NCBI GenBank assembly: GCA_051530055.1
Contig: CM121341.1
Coordinates: 18,888,784 to 18,952,783 of the forward strand
Reading direction: 5' to 3'
Source: Neoechinorhynchus agilis
Taxonomy: Eukaryota > Animalia > Acanthocephala
Length of the DNA stretch: 64,000 nucleotides
Below the pieces are notes generated by a model, which was not told the DNA's origin, made no database searches, and saw nothing but the letters and a program-made list of their open reading frames with translations. Position 1 is the first letter of the stretch. Each line of letters starts with the position of its first letter. Below are positions 61,671 through 64,000 of the stretch, one piece after another. The translations under genes and the position numbers were made by a program.

Positions 61671-62516
61671 TTAATCGCTATTAAAATCCGAATAATCTGA
61701 TGATGATTTTAGCGTTTTCCACACGTTCATCATTTTCGCCCTTGTCGATTCAGCTAAACTCATCGCATCGCCATCAAAGTCGTCTGGTTCGATTGGATCA
61801 AGGACACATACTTCGATTTCTCCAGGTACCCAGTATTTATCCCGATGGCTATAAACGCCATTCAAATTCGCTATTACCACGGGAACAATCGGTACCGAAG
61901 CATGGATTGCAAGCTTAAATGCTCCTTGTTTGAATGGTTTCATTTCAGCGTCGGCGGTTCGCGTTCCTTCAGGGAAAATCAAAATTCGCCAGCCTTTTTC
62001 TGTGATGTTTTTTAGAATAGTGCGCATTCGAAATTTAACGTCATTCTGATTCCCTCGAGAAATAAATTGAATCCCGCAAAGACAACACAAAATTCCGAAA
62101 GGTCCCGTAAGGTAAAAGAGGGATTTCTTCATAAGTACCGTGCAATTTAACGGCCATAAATTAGCCATCGTAATGAAGTCGATTCCTGACTGATGATTGG
62201 CCACAACCACGAACGATCCAGTGTCTGATCTTCGCAGTACGTCTAAGCCTTTCTTTGATCCTATTACTTTAACTCGCAATCCAAAAAACAGTCCATAGAA
62301 ACCACAAAGCATCGTGCATACCATATCGATGTTTCGTGGATCACCGATTTTATTTAGACAAGGCAAAATCAATATCGGAGAAACGATGCCAGTAAATAAA
62401 AGATAATACGAGATCTTAATATAGTACATAACAATCGAGCGCCGACGACTGAAATGACAAATACGACCGATAATTAACACCAATACAAGAAAATGTGCGA
62501 ATATGCAAATGAACAT
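61671..62516 (-). CDS. AGPAT: 1-acyl-sn-glycerol-3-phosphate acyltransferase (AGPAT1/2-like), single exon
   Basis: VVANHQSGIDF (HX4D), FISR, IFPEGTRT, FKQGAF.LA..ASVPIVPV. Confidence 0.93.
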   Translation of the reverse strand: MFICIFAHFLVLVLIIGRICHFSRRRSIVMYYIKISYYLLFTGIVSPILILPCLNKIGDPRNIDMVCTMLCGFYGLFFGLRVKVIGSKKGLDVLRRSDTGSFVVVANHQSGIDFITMANLWPLNCTVLMKKSLFYLTGPFGILCCLCGIQFISRGNQNDVKFRMRTILKNITEKGWRILIFPEGTRTADAEMKPFKQGAFKLAIHASVPIVPVVIANLNGVYSHRDKYWVPGEIEVCVLDPIEPDDFDGDAMSLAESTRAKMMNVWKTLKSSSDYSDFNSD

Positions 62517-64000
62517 AATCTAAAAATAAATTGAAGACTTAAAAATGAAGTAAATATTCAATTATTTTTGCTTTTTATACACGGGTTCGAACGCGCTACC
62601 ATCGAACCCGTTTCCCACATTATATTTATAAAATGTTCTTGCAAGAGCGAACTTAGAGCAAAAATAACGCAAGCTGCTTGAGAATAGCGCAATCTTTTGT
62701 AAGTGTTAAATGGTTTCCGTTAGGATGTCGCAGACGTGAGATAGAAACGATTAAATGGAAGCGATAAGGACTGACGAAACACAGGTACATTGGAAGATCG
62801 ATAATCCAATTTCGAAACTTTTCGACCTGAGCTGCCATGTTCCAAAAACATTTAAAAGTTTTAACAACAAGCGCACGCCTCGAGCGGTGTTGAGGAGGTT
62901 CAACCACTAAGGGTTGTGGAGATTGTCTACTTCAGATCAATGATTATCAAGACACTATAAAGTAGTAAAGGTTATCCTATTGATCCGTAAGACATGGAAT
63001 GGCCCAATAGTACTGTCTTCAAAATGTTCAAAACAGCCTCGAAAATATATTATCGAATCCATATTACTAACTTTTTGCTTCATAATTTCGGTTATTAAAA
63101 TTTTAAAATATAGGAAAGTACAAAATGATCATTTAGAATCAATTTTTACTGGACGTTAATTATTTACTTTTGTACACTTTCCAATCTGAAAATTGTATTT
63201 ATGGTTTATCCCAAGTAGACTTTCAAGAATTATAGGGTGGTAATTCCAAAACTGATTTTTTCATCTAACGGTAGCCTCGAAAAATTGTAATGCCAACTGA
63301 AACACATCTTAGTCAGTCACGTTTTCAAGGGCGCATCAACGTGCTTTAAATAAAAATCTTCTTACATTCCAATAGTTTATTTAAATGTATGAAAATCGAT
63401 CATTAACTTTGGTAAGCTACTTGCAAGAGAGTACAGAATGCCTATGAACCATGAAACATGTACAATCCGTAATACTTTGGAATGGCTGCATCGTTTCGTA
63501 AAACGACGATCAAATCTATTCGTATTTCATTGAGTGATAGTGACAACAACCTAATTTCGATCGATAAAGGCGTAGAAATGATCATGATGGAGGAATTACT
63601 GCAAAGTCGGACTACATATATATATGATGGAATCAAAGGAGGATTGCGAATTGAGGCGTAGGAAGTTGAATAGCATCTTTCGTGAAGTGATGGCAGCAAG
63701 AGATTTAAAAGGAATGAGATGTCAATGGTCAAAACGAAAACAAGATGCCGGTCGGTGCGGTAACATTGACAGCAGCGTCTTTGCTTAAATGCAGACGAAT
63801 TATTTCGGTAATCAATGAACCTGCGTACCGATTATCTCGCTTTCTGGTGACGGCACTGAGCCAACCGCATCAGAGAACGAGTTCAAATTCGCGGAATGTG
63901 GAGGGCTCACTTAATTTTCTGAATGCTCGATGCAATGACTTAAGTGGTAGCCAAGCTGTCTTTTGATTTTGTCTCGCTTTATACGAAAGTCGACAATAAG

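Overview
AT-rich, gene-dense animal genomic DNA with fast-evolving proteins. The confidently resolved GT-AG introns are mostly 41-49 nt. The species cannot be named from sequence alone. About 1-21.5 kb is mostly a nested retroelement field: Penelope-like elements (PLE) with minimal hammerhead ribozymes (HHR), CRE-clade RT/RLE elements, an RTE element and APE-type LINE fragments. It also holds an Abi gene and an orphan acidic gene. About 22-31 kb is a co-oriented housekeeping cluster (a TIP41-aldo-keto-reductase fusion, SF1, SPF27/BCAS2, SEC23) with operon-like spacing. About 32-44 kb is a shortened UBR4. The rest holds a miniature LTR element, a claudin-superfamily gene, two ENPP paralogs that have lost metal ligands, the CCA-adding enzyme, AGPAT and more TE remnants. 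The most novel signals are: (1) introns whose two ends base-pair, at least two of which cannot be removed by GT-AG splicing without breaking conserved protein motifs; (2) 150-200 bp palindromes with a hammerhead in each arm, one inserted with a 10-bp TSD; (3) the single-ORF TIP41-AKR fusion; (4) a UBR4 with no recognisable UBR box; (5) a pseudo-ENPP pair. All alignments and folds were done by eye, and family assignments come from recalled motifs, not database searches.
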